A stretch of 64,000 bases of DNA from Escherichia phage phiEC1, in sequence record KY608965.1; one strand, 5' to 3'. Below, in pieces: positions 45,940-55,005 of this stretch. The notes beneath the pieces are model-generated. The model was not told the origin of the DNA, searched no databases, and saw only the letters and a program-made list of their open reading frames with translations. Numbering within the stretch: position 1 is the stretch's first letter; each line of letters opens with the position of its first letter. Both the position numbers and the translations under genes were made by a program.

Positions 45940-47628
45940 TTATGAAACAGTCATCACAGTAAATCGTCCAACTTTGCTCATTTGAAGATGTTGTCCATAA
46001 GCTTGTGGGTCATGGTCTCTGTGACTAATTATAAACACGTTTGCATCGGTTAGAGAGTTAAGAATTGTTGAAATAGCTTTAATACCTTCAGAATCAGTCG
46101 CGGAATCCATGACTTCGTCCATAATTAATGTATTGATTCTAACACCAGAGATCTTTTCAGCAATATCTCGCCATGTAAACAACAATGCGATATCGATACG
46201 TGCCTTTTCACCTTGACTAAATGAAGCATAACTAAAATCTTCACGACCACGTGATTTTATAGATTCATTGAATTCTTCGTCAATAGAAAACACATAATCA
46301 GCTTCCATGATTTTAAGGTAATGGTTAATCTGCTTGTTGAACAGAGGCACATATTTTTTAATGATAGCACCTTTAATACCAGAATCTTTTAACATATCTG
46401 TTATAATACCACGATGGTATTTTTCAAGAACGATATCTGATTTTGTTTTAATGATTTTATCAAGTTCTTTTTGAAGCAAAGCTATCTCATCGGCATGGTC
46501 GATAAATTCCGCCGAGGCTTGTTCTATTGCAGCTTTAACTTTCTTAGCTTTATCAATAGTGGCAATCATTGCTTGTTTCTTAGTACGAATATCAGATGCA
46601 AGGTCCTGCTTAGTCTTAACATTAGCTCTATATTCGTCCACTAGGACACTCAGATTATCTCTGTGGCAGGTAAGTTGCTCGAATGAGTGATTACATTCAT
46701 GAAGCTTATCGGTAATCTTAGAGACAATAGGATCACCCTGGTGCAACTGTGATGCACAAGTAGGACATGTACCGCCATCATGATACATCTTAATAACTTT
46801 GTTATATGAGTCAATTTTAGATTTAATCAAGAATGCTTCTTGTCCTATCTTGTTGAATGCCTCAGTAGGGTCTTCGTCAAGAACGATATTAAGTAGACGC
46901 TCGTTAGCTTCTTCGATTTCTGCTTTTAATGAACGAGCTTCTTTAGCCAGGTCGTCATACATATTCTGTAGACGCGCTACATTATCACCAGATAATTTCT
47001 TTTGACGTTCGATATTCTCGTTATAAATCTTAATTTGTTGGATAATACCATCTTTCTTGGCATCGAGAACTTGCCCCTGGGAATTAAGTTCTCGAACTTG
47101 AGACTTATTGATTTTATCCATTTCAGCGAGTGTGCCAACTTCTAAAAGGTCTTCGACAAGTTTTCTACGAGCAGGGGTGCTAAGAGCCATGAAAGGGGTA
47201 TACCCTGCCGTCCCAAGCACAACGATTTGTTTAAAAGACGCGTATGACATTCCGATGCTACGTTCAAATTCTTCTTGGAAGTCACGACTGCTGGCAGATT
47301 CATCAAGACGAACACCGTCAACGGAGATTTCGAAAATATTGGGCTTTTGGCCACGTTTAATGAAGTATTTTTTACCATCGAATTCCATCCAAAGCTCAAC
47401 TAAGAGCTCTTTCTTGTTCGTGCTATTAATGATTTGTCCTTTCTTAACATCACGAAATGGTTTACCGAAAAGTCCGAAAGTAATGGCTTCTAACATCGTA
47501 GATTTACCACCGCCATTTTTACCTGTGATTAAGGTCTTTTGGACTTTATCTAATTGGATATCGATAAAATTTTGCCCAACAGACATTATATTTTTATAAC
47601 GAACACGATTTAATTTAAATGTTTTCAC
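45940..47628 (-). CDS. 46: recombination endonuclease subunit (SbcC/Rad50-like)
   Basis: 562 aa; Walker A GKNGGGKST, coiled-coil middle, CPTC zinc hook, signature/D-loop LIMDEV; start codon reads GTG preceded by GAGGAAAA. Confidence 0.9.
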   Translation of the reverse strand: MKTFKLNRVRYKNIMSVGQNFIDIQLDKVQKTLITGKNGGGKSTMLEAITFGLFGKPFRDVKKGQIINSTNKKELLVELWMEFDGKKYFIKRGQKPNIFEISVDGVRLDESASSRDFQEEFERSIGMSYASFKQIVVLGTAGYTPFMALSTPARRKLVEDLLEVGTLAEMDKINKSQVRELNSQGQVLDAKKDGIIQQIKIYNENIERQKKLSGDNVARLQNMYDDLAKEARSLKAEIEEANERLLNIVLDEDPTEAFNKIGQEAFLIKSKIDSYNKVIKMYHDGGTCPTCASQLHQGDPIVSKITDKLHECNHSFEQLTCHRDNLSVLVDEYRANVKTKQDLASDIRTKKQAMIATIDKAKKVKAAIEQASAEFIDHADEIALLQKELDKIIKTKSDIVLEKYHRGIITDMLKDSGIKGAIIKKYVPLFNKQINHYLKIMEADYVFSIDEEFNESIKSRGREDFSYASFSQGEKARIDIALLFTWRDIAEKISGVRINTLIMDEVMDSATDSEGIKAISTILNSLTDANVFIISHRDHDPQAYGQHLQMSKVGRFTVMTVS

Positions 47629-48475
47629 TTAAATTTTTCCTCATGAATTCAGAAACTAAAGCCTGTAAAGAACTTTGTATAGGATATCCTAAATTGACTA
47701 AATTTTTAGAAAAAGTCACATATTTAGGTTTGTTCATTTTAACCCATTCAACGTAAAGCATATCAAAATTTTCCCAATGATATCCTTTTCTTCTAGATTT
47801 CAAATGAGTGTCTCTAACTTTAGGATTTTTCCAACTGCGTGAAACTCCAGCCGATAATGATTCTCTATATTCGGCTGTTTTAGATATTTTACGACAAGCA
47901 TCCAAATGTTTTTGTTTATTAATAGGGTCACTAAACCACTTTTGGGTCATAATAGAGACGGTTTCTTTAAATTCCTTTGAACTTGTCATAATTCTGTGTT
48001 TCTTTAAATTTTCCGGATTTTTAAACCATGCTTTTAAAGCTTGACTAATCTTAATTCTATTATCCTGATTGGAATAGTATAATGTCATTTTTATAGAATT
48101 AACTTTACAAACATTTTCGAATTCTAAAGAATACGCCTCGGCTATATTATTTAGTTCATGCGTTGTACAATTTAAATTAAATCGCCCGGTATACATTCTT
48201 TGAAGCGCGTTAATCATCTTGTGGTTGCCAGTTTTTGCCAAAATGCTATGTGCAATAAAATGGTTATAATGACTTAAATGACACAAGTTCCATTTACATG
48301 TTTTAAAATCTGGAAAAATAGATTTTGGTAGTATATGGTGAACCTGAGTCAGTCCTTTTACTTTATTAGTGGAATTAGTTTTTATAAAGTTTAAATACTC
48401 ATCAAGTCCTTCCCACGAAGGGAAGGAGGTTTTAAGAATTTTATAAATTTGAGTTTCATAATCAGTCTTCGTCAT
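47615..48475 (-). CDS. free-standing HNH homing endonuclease with C-terminal repeated DNA-binding motifs (mobile element)
   Basis: Track start is TTG; ATG at 48475; HNH core VHHILPKSIFPDF...NLCHLSHYNHFIAH; three S...W.NP....KH repeats; overlaps gene 46 start and the upstream ORF by 14 nt each. Confidence 0.6.
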   Translation of the reverse strand: MTKTDYETQIYKILKTSFPSWEGLDEYLNFIKTNSTNKVKGLTQVHHILPKSIFPDFKTCKWNLCHLSHYNHFIAHSILAKTGNHKMINALQRMYTGRFNLNCTTHELNNIAEAYSLEFENVCKVNSIKMTLYYSNQDNRIKISQALKAWFKNPENLKKHRIMTSSKEFKETVSIMTQKWFSDPINKQKHLDACRKISKTAEYRESLSAGVSRSWKNPKVRDTHLKSRRKGYHWENFDMLYVEWVKMNKPKYVTFSKNLVNLGYPIQSSLQALVSEFMRKNLSENI

Positions 48476-48719
48476 TATACGCGTCCTCAATACATGCTTC
48501 AGCCATTTTAAGAATAGAACCAGGAGTATCGTTGTCCATTATATTAAAGCTAAATTCAATAGCCCAGTCTGTGCAGACATGAACTGCTTTAACTTCATTG
48601 CCTTCAACGCGTAATGGCTCGATCCAATACTTGATAGTGTTCTCGAATCCATCATCATCTTTAACGTCCATTTCGACTTCAAGCCTGAGTCCAGCATTGT
48701 TAAATTCATCTAAAGTCAT
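48462..48719 (-). CDS. hypothetical acidic protein (85 aa; 46.1 position)
   Basis: ATG start; ATGA coupling to gene 47. Confidence 0.5.
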   Translation of the reverse strand: MTLDEFNNAGLRLEVEMDVKDDDGFENTIKYWIEPLRVEGNEVKAVHVCTDWAIEFSFNIMDNDTPGSILKMAEACIEDAYNDED

Positions 48720-49735
48720 TGTGTTGCCTCAATATAAAGTTCGTTGGAATATTTGACCAGCGCTTCTCTGTCTTCATCTGAGATATCTGGAATCGCGTCA
48801 ATATATTCTTTAATGATATCTTGAAGTGATTTAATCTCGATTTCCTGGTCGTCATCAGATTCAACACTGTTATCAACTTTAGAAACCATACGAAGAGAGT
48901 GAACTACTTTTTCAAGTTCAGATTCAAACTTAGTCAACTCTGAATCAATTTCTGATACTATAACACGTAAGGCTAGATTAGTATAATCAGAATAATTGAT
49001 TTTGCCTTTAAACGGATAAGTGATTCGTCGATGCCATGTTGTTTCATTAGGAATAAATTCCATACGTTCAACATCAGTGTCAAATACCCAGAATCCGCGC
49101 GGGTCGTTCTCATCACCTGCAGTAAGTGTCCATGGTGTCCCAATATATTTGACGTTAGCAGCTTCAGAGATTGTGTGGAAGTGGCCGGACCAGACTTGTT
49201 TATAGGTCTTTAAGAAATCAGGTTCAAGCCCATGAGACTTCATTCCTTTATAGAAATAAAAGCCATTCAGTTCCCAGTGCCCAACACAATACGCGGCAGA
49301 AGAAGTCTTGATGTGCTCTAAGATTTCACCTGTATTTTCTTCACACATCCATGGAACGATATCAATTAGACATCCGTCAAAATCTACAGTAGTTGGATGT
49401 TCGTAAATAGTAAAGTTTTCAAATTGAGTTAACAATTCAGAAACAGTGTTAGGTGTTATTGTATTCTTAAACGCCATGTCATGGTTTCCTATCGTGACAT
49501 GAACGTGAATGCCTGCTTTAGAAATCATATCAACTATTTCACGATTGAATTCCATTGTACGATGTGTAATTGCTTTACGGACGTCGAACCAATCACCGTA
49601 CTGAATCCAAGTTTTAATCCCGTGTTTCTTAGAGTATTCAATTGCTTGACGAATACCATCACGTTGAATATCTTGAACCCATGGGTCATCTTGTTTGACT
49701 CCGATATGGAAGTCGCCTAAGTGCAAAATTTTCAT
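48716..49735 (-). CDS. 47: recombination nuclease subunit (SbcD/Mre11-like)
   Basis: 339 aa; phosphoesterase motifs LHLGDFH, GDWFD, GNHD, GHFH. Confidence 0.9.
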   Translation of the reverse strand: MKILHLGDFHIGVKQDDPWVQDIQRDGIRQAIEYSKKHGIKTWIQYGDWFDVRKAITHRTMEFNREIVDMISKAGIHVHVTIGNHDMAFKNTITPNTVSELLTQFENFTIYEHPTTVDFDGCLIDIVPWMCEENTGEILEHIKTSSAAYCVGHWELNGFYFYKGMKSHGLEPDFLKTYKQVWSGHFHTISEAANVKYIGTPWTLTAGDENDPRGFWVFDTDVERMEFIPNETTWHRRITYPFKGKINYSDYTNLALRVIVSEIDSELTKFESELEKVVHSLRMVSKVDNSVESDDDQEIEIKSLQDIIKEYIDAIPDISDEDREALVKYSNELYIEATQ

Positions 49736-49780
49736 ATTATTTCCTCATTAGTTAATTCATTCTATCATCCGTTTATAAAG

Positions 49781-49807
49781 CAAAAAAAGGAACTCCGAAG
49801 AGTTCCT
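49781..49807 (-). terminator. intrinsic terminator upstream of gene 47
   Basis: AGGAACU-CUUCGG-AGUUCCU hairpin followed by UUUUUUUG on the minus strand. Confidence 0.6.
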
Positions 49808-49979
49808 ATCCACATAGTACACCGTACAGAGGCTCATTTGAACTTTTAAATCGAATGGGCTTGTATGTAATAGTTCCTTCGGCTTTAGCTTTATCATAAG
49901 ACTCTTTAAAACGTCTCATTCTTTCTGCTTTGCCTTTACGGATTTTATCGAAATTTTCAGAAGTCGGGATGTTCGTCAT
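49806..49979 (-). CDS. hypothetical basic protein (57 aa)
   Basis: ATG start; below track cutoff; stop overlaps the terminator stem. Confidence 0.35.
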   Translation of the reverse strand: MTNIPTSENFDKIRKGKAERMRRFKESYDKAKAEGTITYKPIRFKSSNEPLYGVLCG

Positions 49980-50018
49980 GCATAAGCACCTCTCAGAAAA
50001 TGCCTAAATCAATTTCTC

Positions 50019-50225
50019 TCATCGTTTCCACCATTTCTTAACTTGAAATGAATCGACCCACACGAGTTGTTTTGGGTCTGCCTTTACAATAGGCGGACAA
50101 ATTTCTGTAATAGAACCGTCGTGATATTCCTTTTCGGAAATTTTAACACAAAGAGGACCACCCAATTTAATGGTGAACCCTGCGTTCAGCTTCAGACGTT
50201 TAAACTTTGTTTGAACTAGCGCCAT
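50019..50225 (-). CDS. hypothetical protein (68 aa)
   Basis: Track start is TTG; ATG at 50225 with GAGGA SD. Confidence 0.4.
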   Translation of the reverse strand: MALVQTKFKRLKLNAGFTIKLGGPLCVKISEKEYHDGSITEICPPIVKADPKQLVWVDSFQVKKWWKR

Positions 50226-50523
50226 TAATGATGTCCTCAATAGCCTGACGAGTAGTAACCCACTGGATTTTAATTAACTTGTCATTATATGGTTGTCGTA
50301 GAATATCCCGAGATTTCTTAATAGCATATTCGTAAGCTTCGAAGTTGTTTTGAATTGCTGCTTCTTGAGCGTGAGCATAAAGACGGTTTAGTTCAAAACG
50401 ATTCTTTTTAAGAATCTTTTCGGATTTTTTACGTGCTTCAGCTTCATTTTTCTTTTGGATTTCTTGTAGCATTTTAGCTACTGCATCTTCTGCTTCTTTA
50501 TTTTCAATAATCTCGGTAGTCAT
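50200..50523 (-). CDS. hypothetical charged/coiled-coil protein (107 aa)
   Basis: ATG start. Confidence 0.5.
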   Translation of the reverse strand: MTTEIIENKEAEDAVAKMLQEIQKKNEAEARKKSEKILKKNRFELNRLYAHAQEAAIQNNFEAYEYAIKKSRDILRQPYNDKLIKIQWVTTRQAIEDIINGASSNKV

Positions 50524-50524
50524 A

Positions 50525-50740
50525 TTATCTCATTAAATTAAAATAAAAACGTCCATCCTCTTCAATACAGAACTCATACTCAACCGGAGTCCCATTTATC
50601 GAAAATGACACGTCATGTGGGTTCAAAGGGTCGATGTCAAAATTAATTTTAAATTCACGACCCAACAGTTTTACCAAATAAGGGATTGCTTCGTCAAAAG
50701 GTTCTTCTAAGTAGTTAGAGATGTCAATTGTCATCCTCAT
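50525..50740 (-). CDS. hypothetical protein (about 71 aa)
   Basis: Start uncertain; the track ORF begins inside gene 55; ATGs at 50740/50734 follow the gene 55 stop. Confidence 0.3.
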   Translation of the reverse strand: MRMTIDISNYLEEPFDEAIPYLVKLLGREFKINFDIDPLNPHDVSFSINGTPVEYEFCIEEDGRFYFNLMR

Positions 50741-51281
50741 ATAAAAAATCCAAACTAGGCGAATCGCTAACAACTTCCTTCTTTTCAGCCCCAGGAGCTT
50801 TATAAGCGGATTCTTCATAATGCGTCATTTTATCGTAGATGTCTTGAATAAACGTTTCATCTACCAACGCTACCATATCATCGTCATGACTGTCGTAGAC
50901 GTTATGAACGAAGTAACTATATTTCTTTGCAACTTCCTTACGTTCTTTTTTGATACGTTGGACAAAAGCATTAAAACAAGCTCGAGTTATGTATGCATGT
51001 GGGTTATTGTACTTAGTTTCGTCGAAATTATGAAGTCCCTTAATAGAAGCTTCAATCCCGTCTGCAATCATCTCCTGCTTCCAAGACTGGGTATATCCTG
51101 AAAAGTTGAAACGTTTGGACAGGCCTTCGGCGATAAGCATAATTGCTAAACCGATGGTATCATTCTGACGAATAATTTTGTTTGGGTCTTTATTATTTAA
51201 GAGCTCCTTTTTCCACTCGATTATAGCGGCGAGAAGCTCTTTATTATTCACATAGTTATTTTTAGGTTTTTGTTCAGTCAT
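50724..51281 (-). CDS. 55: late-transcription sigma factor gp55
   Basis: Start set to ATG at 51281 ([25 protein letters not shown]...), matching the T4 gp55 N-terminus as recalled; AAGAGGT SD. Confidence 0.9.
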   Translation of the reverse strand: MTEQKPKNNYVNNKELLAAIIEWKKELLNNKDPNKIIRQNDTIGLAIMLIAEGLSKRFNFSGYTQSWKQEMIADGIEASIKGLHNFDETKYNNPHAYITRACFNAFVQRIKKERKEVAKKYSYFVHNVYDSHDDDMVALVDETFIQDIYDKMTHYEESAYKAPGAEKKEVVSDSPSLDFLYEDDN

Positions 51282-51318
51282 AAGTACCTCTTGGCTCAAT
51301 TCATAGGTCTATTATATC

Positions 51319-51347
51319 ATAATATTTAGAGACCTATCTTAAAGCAC
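51319..51347 (-). promoter_or_regulatory. possible MotA-dependent middle promoter (TGCTTTA box, N17, TATTAT) upstream of gene 55
   Basis: MotA-box-like TGCTTTA on the minus strand with TATTAT 17 nt downstream, flanked by the ATAGGTCT/AGACCTAT inverted repeat. Confidence 0.35.
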
Positions 51348-51436
51348 GAGATACTATCAAAGATACATAACTTTCATAAAGTTGTCGACGTAAAATTCGC
51401 CCAGCTTTTCTTCAGTTATAGCGATTCGAGATAGTT

Positions 51437-51664
51437 TCATTCTAGTTCCTTTGCTGCTTCAAGAGCAGCATCCAGCGAATCAAATTGGTCAACGAAATCA
51501 ATATTCAACGCATCGTCAACCGTAGCATATAACCACCATTGTTTGAATTCATATTCCAAAATAAATCCAGGACCTTCAATCTGAGGAAGACCTAAACTAT
51601 TTGTACCAACTTCGTAACCAGCTAGACGCAGGTCATTAATCAAAGTTTCTGTTAATACGCTCAT
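51437..51664 (-). CDS. hypothetical acidic protein (75 aa)
   Basis: ATG start; ATGA coupling. Confidence 0.5.
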   Translation of the reverse strand: MSVLTETLINDLRLAGYEVGTNSLGLPQIEGPGFILEYEFKQWWLYATVDDALNIDFVDQFDSLDAALEAAKELE

Positions 51665-51993
51665 TTTACCGCCTTAACAATTTTCAAGTCAGCGAATTTT
51701 TTCTTACGTTGATTTTTCATACGACGGATAGTTTTTTCAGAGATTTCATGTTTCTGATAAGCTTTAGATTCAACACCAAATGCAGCAACGTCAAATTCAG
51801 AAAGAATATATTGTACTAGAATTTCACGAATAGAATTACGTCCAATTTTCTGGTCGTGTTTTTGCATGATTTCATAAAGACGGAATTCCCAGGCGTCAAG
51901 AACTTGAGGAGTAACAATATTGCCAGATTCCAGAAGAGCAACAACTTTATCGAAAGCGAAAGAATTAACTACGTTTTTGATTTTAGTAGACAT
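51661..51993 (-). CDS. hypothetical basic protein (110 aa)
   Basis: Start set to ATG at 51993 with GAGGAAAA SD. Confidence 0.5.
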   Translation of the reverse strand: MSTKIKNVVNSFAFDKVVALLESGNIVTPQVLDAWEFRLYEIMQKHDQKIGRNSIREILVQYILSEFDVAAFGVESKAYQKHEISEKTIRRMKNQRKKKFADLKIVKAVK

Positions 51994-52030
51994 ATTATTT
52001 TCCTCGGTTATTTTATTATCCAACGAGAGA

Positions 52031-52060
52031 ATTATACTCATCTCTCAAGAGTTTGTATAC
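52031..52060 (-). promoter_or_regulatory. early promoter (GTATAC N18 TATAAT) with -10 in loop of GAGAGA/TCTCTC hairpin
   Basis: Same architecture and shared aagagtttgta(t)ac segment as the ndd promoter. Confidence 0.5.
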
Positions 52061-52299
52061 TATTTTTTAAGCATGAAAAGTAAGTAATTTGTATCACGCG
52101 GAGTAATATCAACACCCATATCAAAGATGCCTTTATAGATTGGGTATTTGTTTTCGGTTGTATCGAAGCTGAAACTATTTCCATCACAACTAACAGTAAT
52201 AGCATCTGTTAAAATGTCATACTCAATCCTAACGGTTGAATCGCCAATTTTAACGTCGAGGTGTTTTTTGAATTTGATAAAATCTAATTCTTGGGCCAC
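52060..52299 (-). CDS. hypothetical protein (79 aa)
   Basis: Only a GTG start is available, preceded by GAGGAAAA. Confidence 0.4.
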   Translation of the reverse strand: MAQELDFIKFKKHLDVKIGDSTVRIEYDILTDAITVSCDGNSFSFDTTENKYPIYKGIFDMGVDITPRDTNYLLFMLKK

Positions 52300-52362
52300 G
52301 ATATTTTCCTCATTTTAAGACGATAGGAAGACATGTTATTATCTTCCTACCATTGTAAACTA

Positions 52363-52563
52363 TTAACCGAACTTTTTAGCGCCTTTCCAGCCTTCGTACA
52401 TAGCTGCACAAGTCAATAGCACAGCATGTTGACATTCTTTGTATTTGTAAATCCAGAACCAGCGTAAAAAGTCTTCATCCTCAACACCGTTGAGTTTCAT
52501 ATTGGCAAAGAATTCGGCACGTTCTTCACGAAGTTGCCATGACACAATATTTTCAGGATTCAT
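52363..52563 (-). CDS. hypothetical protein (66 aa)
   Basis: Start set to ATGA-coupled ATG at 52563. Confidence 0.45.
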   Translation of the reverse strand: MNPENIVSWQLREERAEFFANMKLNGVEDEDFLRWFWIYKYKECQHAVLLTCAAMYEGWKGAKKFG

Positions 52564-52694
52564 TTTGTGTTCCACGCCCCATTTTCATCGATGAACTTAA
52601 TCCAGTCATTTACAGACCATTTAGTTGTATCACCCTTTGGATTAACATTTAAAGTATATAATCCCTGCTTAAAAAGCATTCGTTTGATATTCAT
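52560..52694 (-). CDS. hypothetical small protein (44 aa from SD-preceded ATG)
   Basis: Track ORF extends to 52787 but overlaps the upstream gene; ATG at 52694 has GAGGAAA SD. Confidence 0.3.
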   Translation of the reverse strand: MNIKRMLFKQGLYTLNVNPKGDTTKWSVNDWIKFIDENGAWNTK

Positions 52695-52701
52695 AATTTC
52701 C

Positions 52702-52995
52702 TCAACTGTAACGATAACATTCGTTAGCTTTACGTTTGGCTTCAGTATGAGAAGTATTATAATCATACTCTTCTTTACTGTAAACATCTTTTTTCAACTT
52801 ACGAACTTCTTTGCGGAGTTGTCGATTCATTTCGTTCTTGACTTCAGAATCAACACCTTTCATACGTTTCCATTTATCTGAGCGGAAGATGTTTTCAACC
52901 ATGTCTTTGTGGCTAACACCATCAGGAGCTTTACGCTTACCAAAATAGTCGTAATCGCGAACTTTCAAATCTTTACGACGATATGTTTTACCCAT
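52702..52995 (-). CDS. hypothetical basic protein (97 aa)
   Basis: Track start is GTG; ATG at 52995 with GAGGT SD. Confidence 0.45.
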   Translation of the reverse strand: MGKTYRRKDLKVRDYDYFGKRKAPDGVSHKDMVENIFRSDKWKRMKGVDSEVKNEMNRQLRKEVRKLKKDVYSKEEYDYNTSHTEAKRKANECYRYS

Positions 52996-53002
52996 AAGTA
53001 CC

Positions 53003-53251
53003 TCAGAGGTTGATTGATACGACACGTTTGATAAAATTCACTTCACTTACTGAAAGGTCTTTAAGACCGATTGATTCTAAACGCTGAGTAAGCGTCAACA
53101 TCGGGATATAATCCCATTGTGTTTTAGTCGTTTGATAAGTACGGACGCCATTAGCAATTTCAACATGTAAATCGGAAATGGTAATGAATACCAGTCGCTC
53201 GTCATTAACTTTAAGGGTTAGAACAACTTTCTTTGAGTCTAAACTAATCAT
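53003..53251 (-). CDS. hypothetical protein (82 aa)
   Basis: ATG start; ATGA coupling. Confidence 0.5.
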   Translation of the reverse strand: MISLDSKKVVLTLKVNDERLVFITISDLHVEIANGVRTYQTTKTQWDYIPMLTLTQRLESIGLKDLSVSEVNFIKRVVSINL

Positions 53252-53430
53252 GGCTTAATTTCCTTCGCAATTGAACAGAAGATACCACGGTCACAAAGCA
53301 TTTCACCAATTTCTGGATATTTGATTGAACGGTACCAAACATCCAGGCTTGAAACTCTGGTTATCTGTACTGCATTACCGTTGACAGAATAGTACTGGTC
53401 GACCTTAATTTCTTTATCTTCAATTGTCAT
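53248..53430 (-). CDS. hypothetical protein (60 aa)
   Basis: Start set to ATG at 53430 with AGAGGAAAA SD; SD lies in the 3' arm of the CCTCTATAG/CTATTGAGG inverted repeat. Confidence 0.4.
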   Translation of the reverse strand: MTIEDKEIKVDQYYSVNGNAVQITRVSSLDVWYRSIKYPEIGEMLCDRGIFCSIAKEIKP

Positions 53431-53595
53431 TTTATTTTCCTCTATAGTAGATGGTTTAATCTTAACACATCTATTGAGGATGTAAACTGTTTTATGAAAA
53501 TATTTTTGATTTGAGAGGGGCACAAGGAGATAGTGAAGTGAGGGTTCCAATAGATTATATTAGAAATGGGATAAAGAAGACCAGGCGGCACCTGG

Positions 53596-53919
53596 TCAAT
53601 CTTCTATGATATCAGAGTCGTATCCTAATGAAATCAAGGACTTTTTAAACTCTGCAATATTCTTTTGTTTCTTACCATTTAAAAATATGACAGGATAACG
53701 AATATTAAGTGAAGTGAATCCTGCACGTTTAGCAAGAGATACGATTAAAGGACGGTCATATTCAATCTTACCATTATTAGTGAGGACTTTATAAAATGTA
53801 TAAGGAGCATTGAGCTCCTTTAAAAGTTTTGTAACAGTATAACATCCTGGACAACGTCCAACTTCTTCAGGGATGCCATAGATTTCAATCTTGTTCTTTA
53901 AGTTCGAGTTTTGTTCCAC
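53596..53919 (-). CDS. nrdH: glutaredoxin-like protein NrdH
   Basis: CPGC redox motif 12 residues after KIEIYG; start uncertain (GTG at 53919 chosen); the track ORF is extended by non-ATG starts. Confidence 0.55.
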   Translation of the reverse strand: MEQNSNLKNKIEIYGIPEEVGRCPGCYTVTKLLKELNAPYTFYKVLTNNGKIEYDRPLIVSLAKRAGFTSLNIRYPVIFLNGKKQKNIAEFKKSLISLGYDSDIIED

Positions 53920-54202
53920 GAGAAATAATTCCTTGATAAGCCCAATAAGGAGGATTAACAGAATCCTCACCAGAGTTTTCTTCAGGAAAATAAACCTGGA
54001 TAACAAATCCAGATGCATCAAAGGTAAAATAAACCATAGGCAGTTCACCTAACAATTCGGCACGAGCATTAATTACTTCGAGATCTCGTTCACGTCCAGC
54101 CCAAAAACTAGGATTTAGACTACATTCGTAAAAATAATAGTCATTACCGAACATATCAAACCCCTTCCAACTCTCTACCACATACCGCTCAAAACTAATC
54201 AT
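53885..54202 (-). CDS. hypothetical protein (105 aa)
   Basis: ATG start. Confidence 0.5.
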   Translation of the reverse strand: MISFERYVVESWKGFDMFGNDYYFYECSLNPSFWAGRERDLEVINARAELLGELPMVYFTFDASGFVIQVYFPEENSGEDSVNPPYWAYQGIISRGTKLELKEQD

Positions 54203-54204
54203 AA

Positions 54205-54420
54205 TTAAGCCTTTTTATCAAGAACAGAATTCAGTTTATTAGTAATTTTGTCCAAACGTTCATTGAATTCGCTGGAGGATAAACCCTTTTCCGGAGAAAT
54301 TAAACTAATCAAGAAAAATACAACAGTAAAAGGAATAAGAAAAATAGCTCCAACTGCCATAAACAAAAAGAACGTTACAGTTGTAAGAAAATCAGCTAAA
54401 CCTTTACGAAATTTATACAT
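54205..54420 (-). CDS. small membrane protein (71 aa)
   Basis: Track start is TTG; ATG at 54420 with AAGGGT SD; hydrophobic core. Confidence 0.45.
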   Translation of the reverse strand: MYKFRKGLADFLTTVTFFLFMAVGAIFLIPFTVVFFLISLISPEKGLSSSEFNERLDKITNKLNSVLDKKA

Positions 54421-54534
54421 ATTTACCCTTAATTGGTTAACCAAGCATTGATAAGCACTAAACTACACTGTGAATAAAATTCTGGACCAAAATGAAAAAT
54501 CATATCATTTATAGTATCCATAATATAATTCAAT

Positions 54535-55005
54535 TTAATCATGTTTCCACACCCCGTTGGTATTTGACCAAAGTCGCTGATTATCTGATCCTCGCCACAA
54601 CTTTTTGGTCGGAAGATTTTTCTCATACTTACCATCAATAATAACATCAACATATTTAAGCATTTCTAGTTGTTTAATATCTTCAAACTTATATCCTGTC
54701 CACAACCAAATGCTTTTATTGGGATAAAGATTTTTAATAGTTTGTACCACAGAGTGAATCACGTCTCTGTTATCAGGATAAAGAGGGTCACCTCCAGTTA
54801 TAGTTAATCCTTCTATATAATCATTATTCAAACATTCAATTAATTGTTCTAGTGTTTCACCAGTGAATTGAATACCATTTCTAGCATTCCATGTTGATTT
54901 ATTATAACACCCTTCGCATTTATGCAAACAACCTGTAACGAAAAGAACGACCCTGCAACCAGGGCCATTCACAAAATCGCAAGGATAAAATCTATCATAA
55001 TTCAT
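54535..55005 (-). CDS. nrdG: anaerobic ribonucleotide reductase activating protein (radical SAM)
   Basis: 156 aa; CxxxCxxC cluster CLHKCEGCYN; matches T4 NrdG size and sequence pattern. Confidence 0.9.
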   Translation of the reverse strand: MNYDRFYPCDFVNGPGCRVVLFVTGCLHKCEGCYNKSTWNARNGIQFTGETLEQLIECLNNDYIEGLTITGGDPLYPDNRDVIHSVVQTIKNLYPNKSIWLWTGYKFEDIKQLEMLKYVDVIIDGKYEKNLPTKKLWRGSDNQRLWSNTNGVWKHD

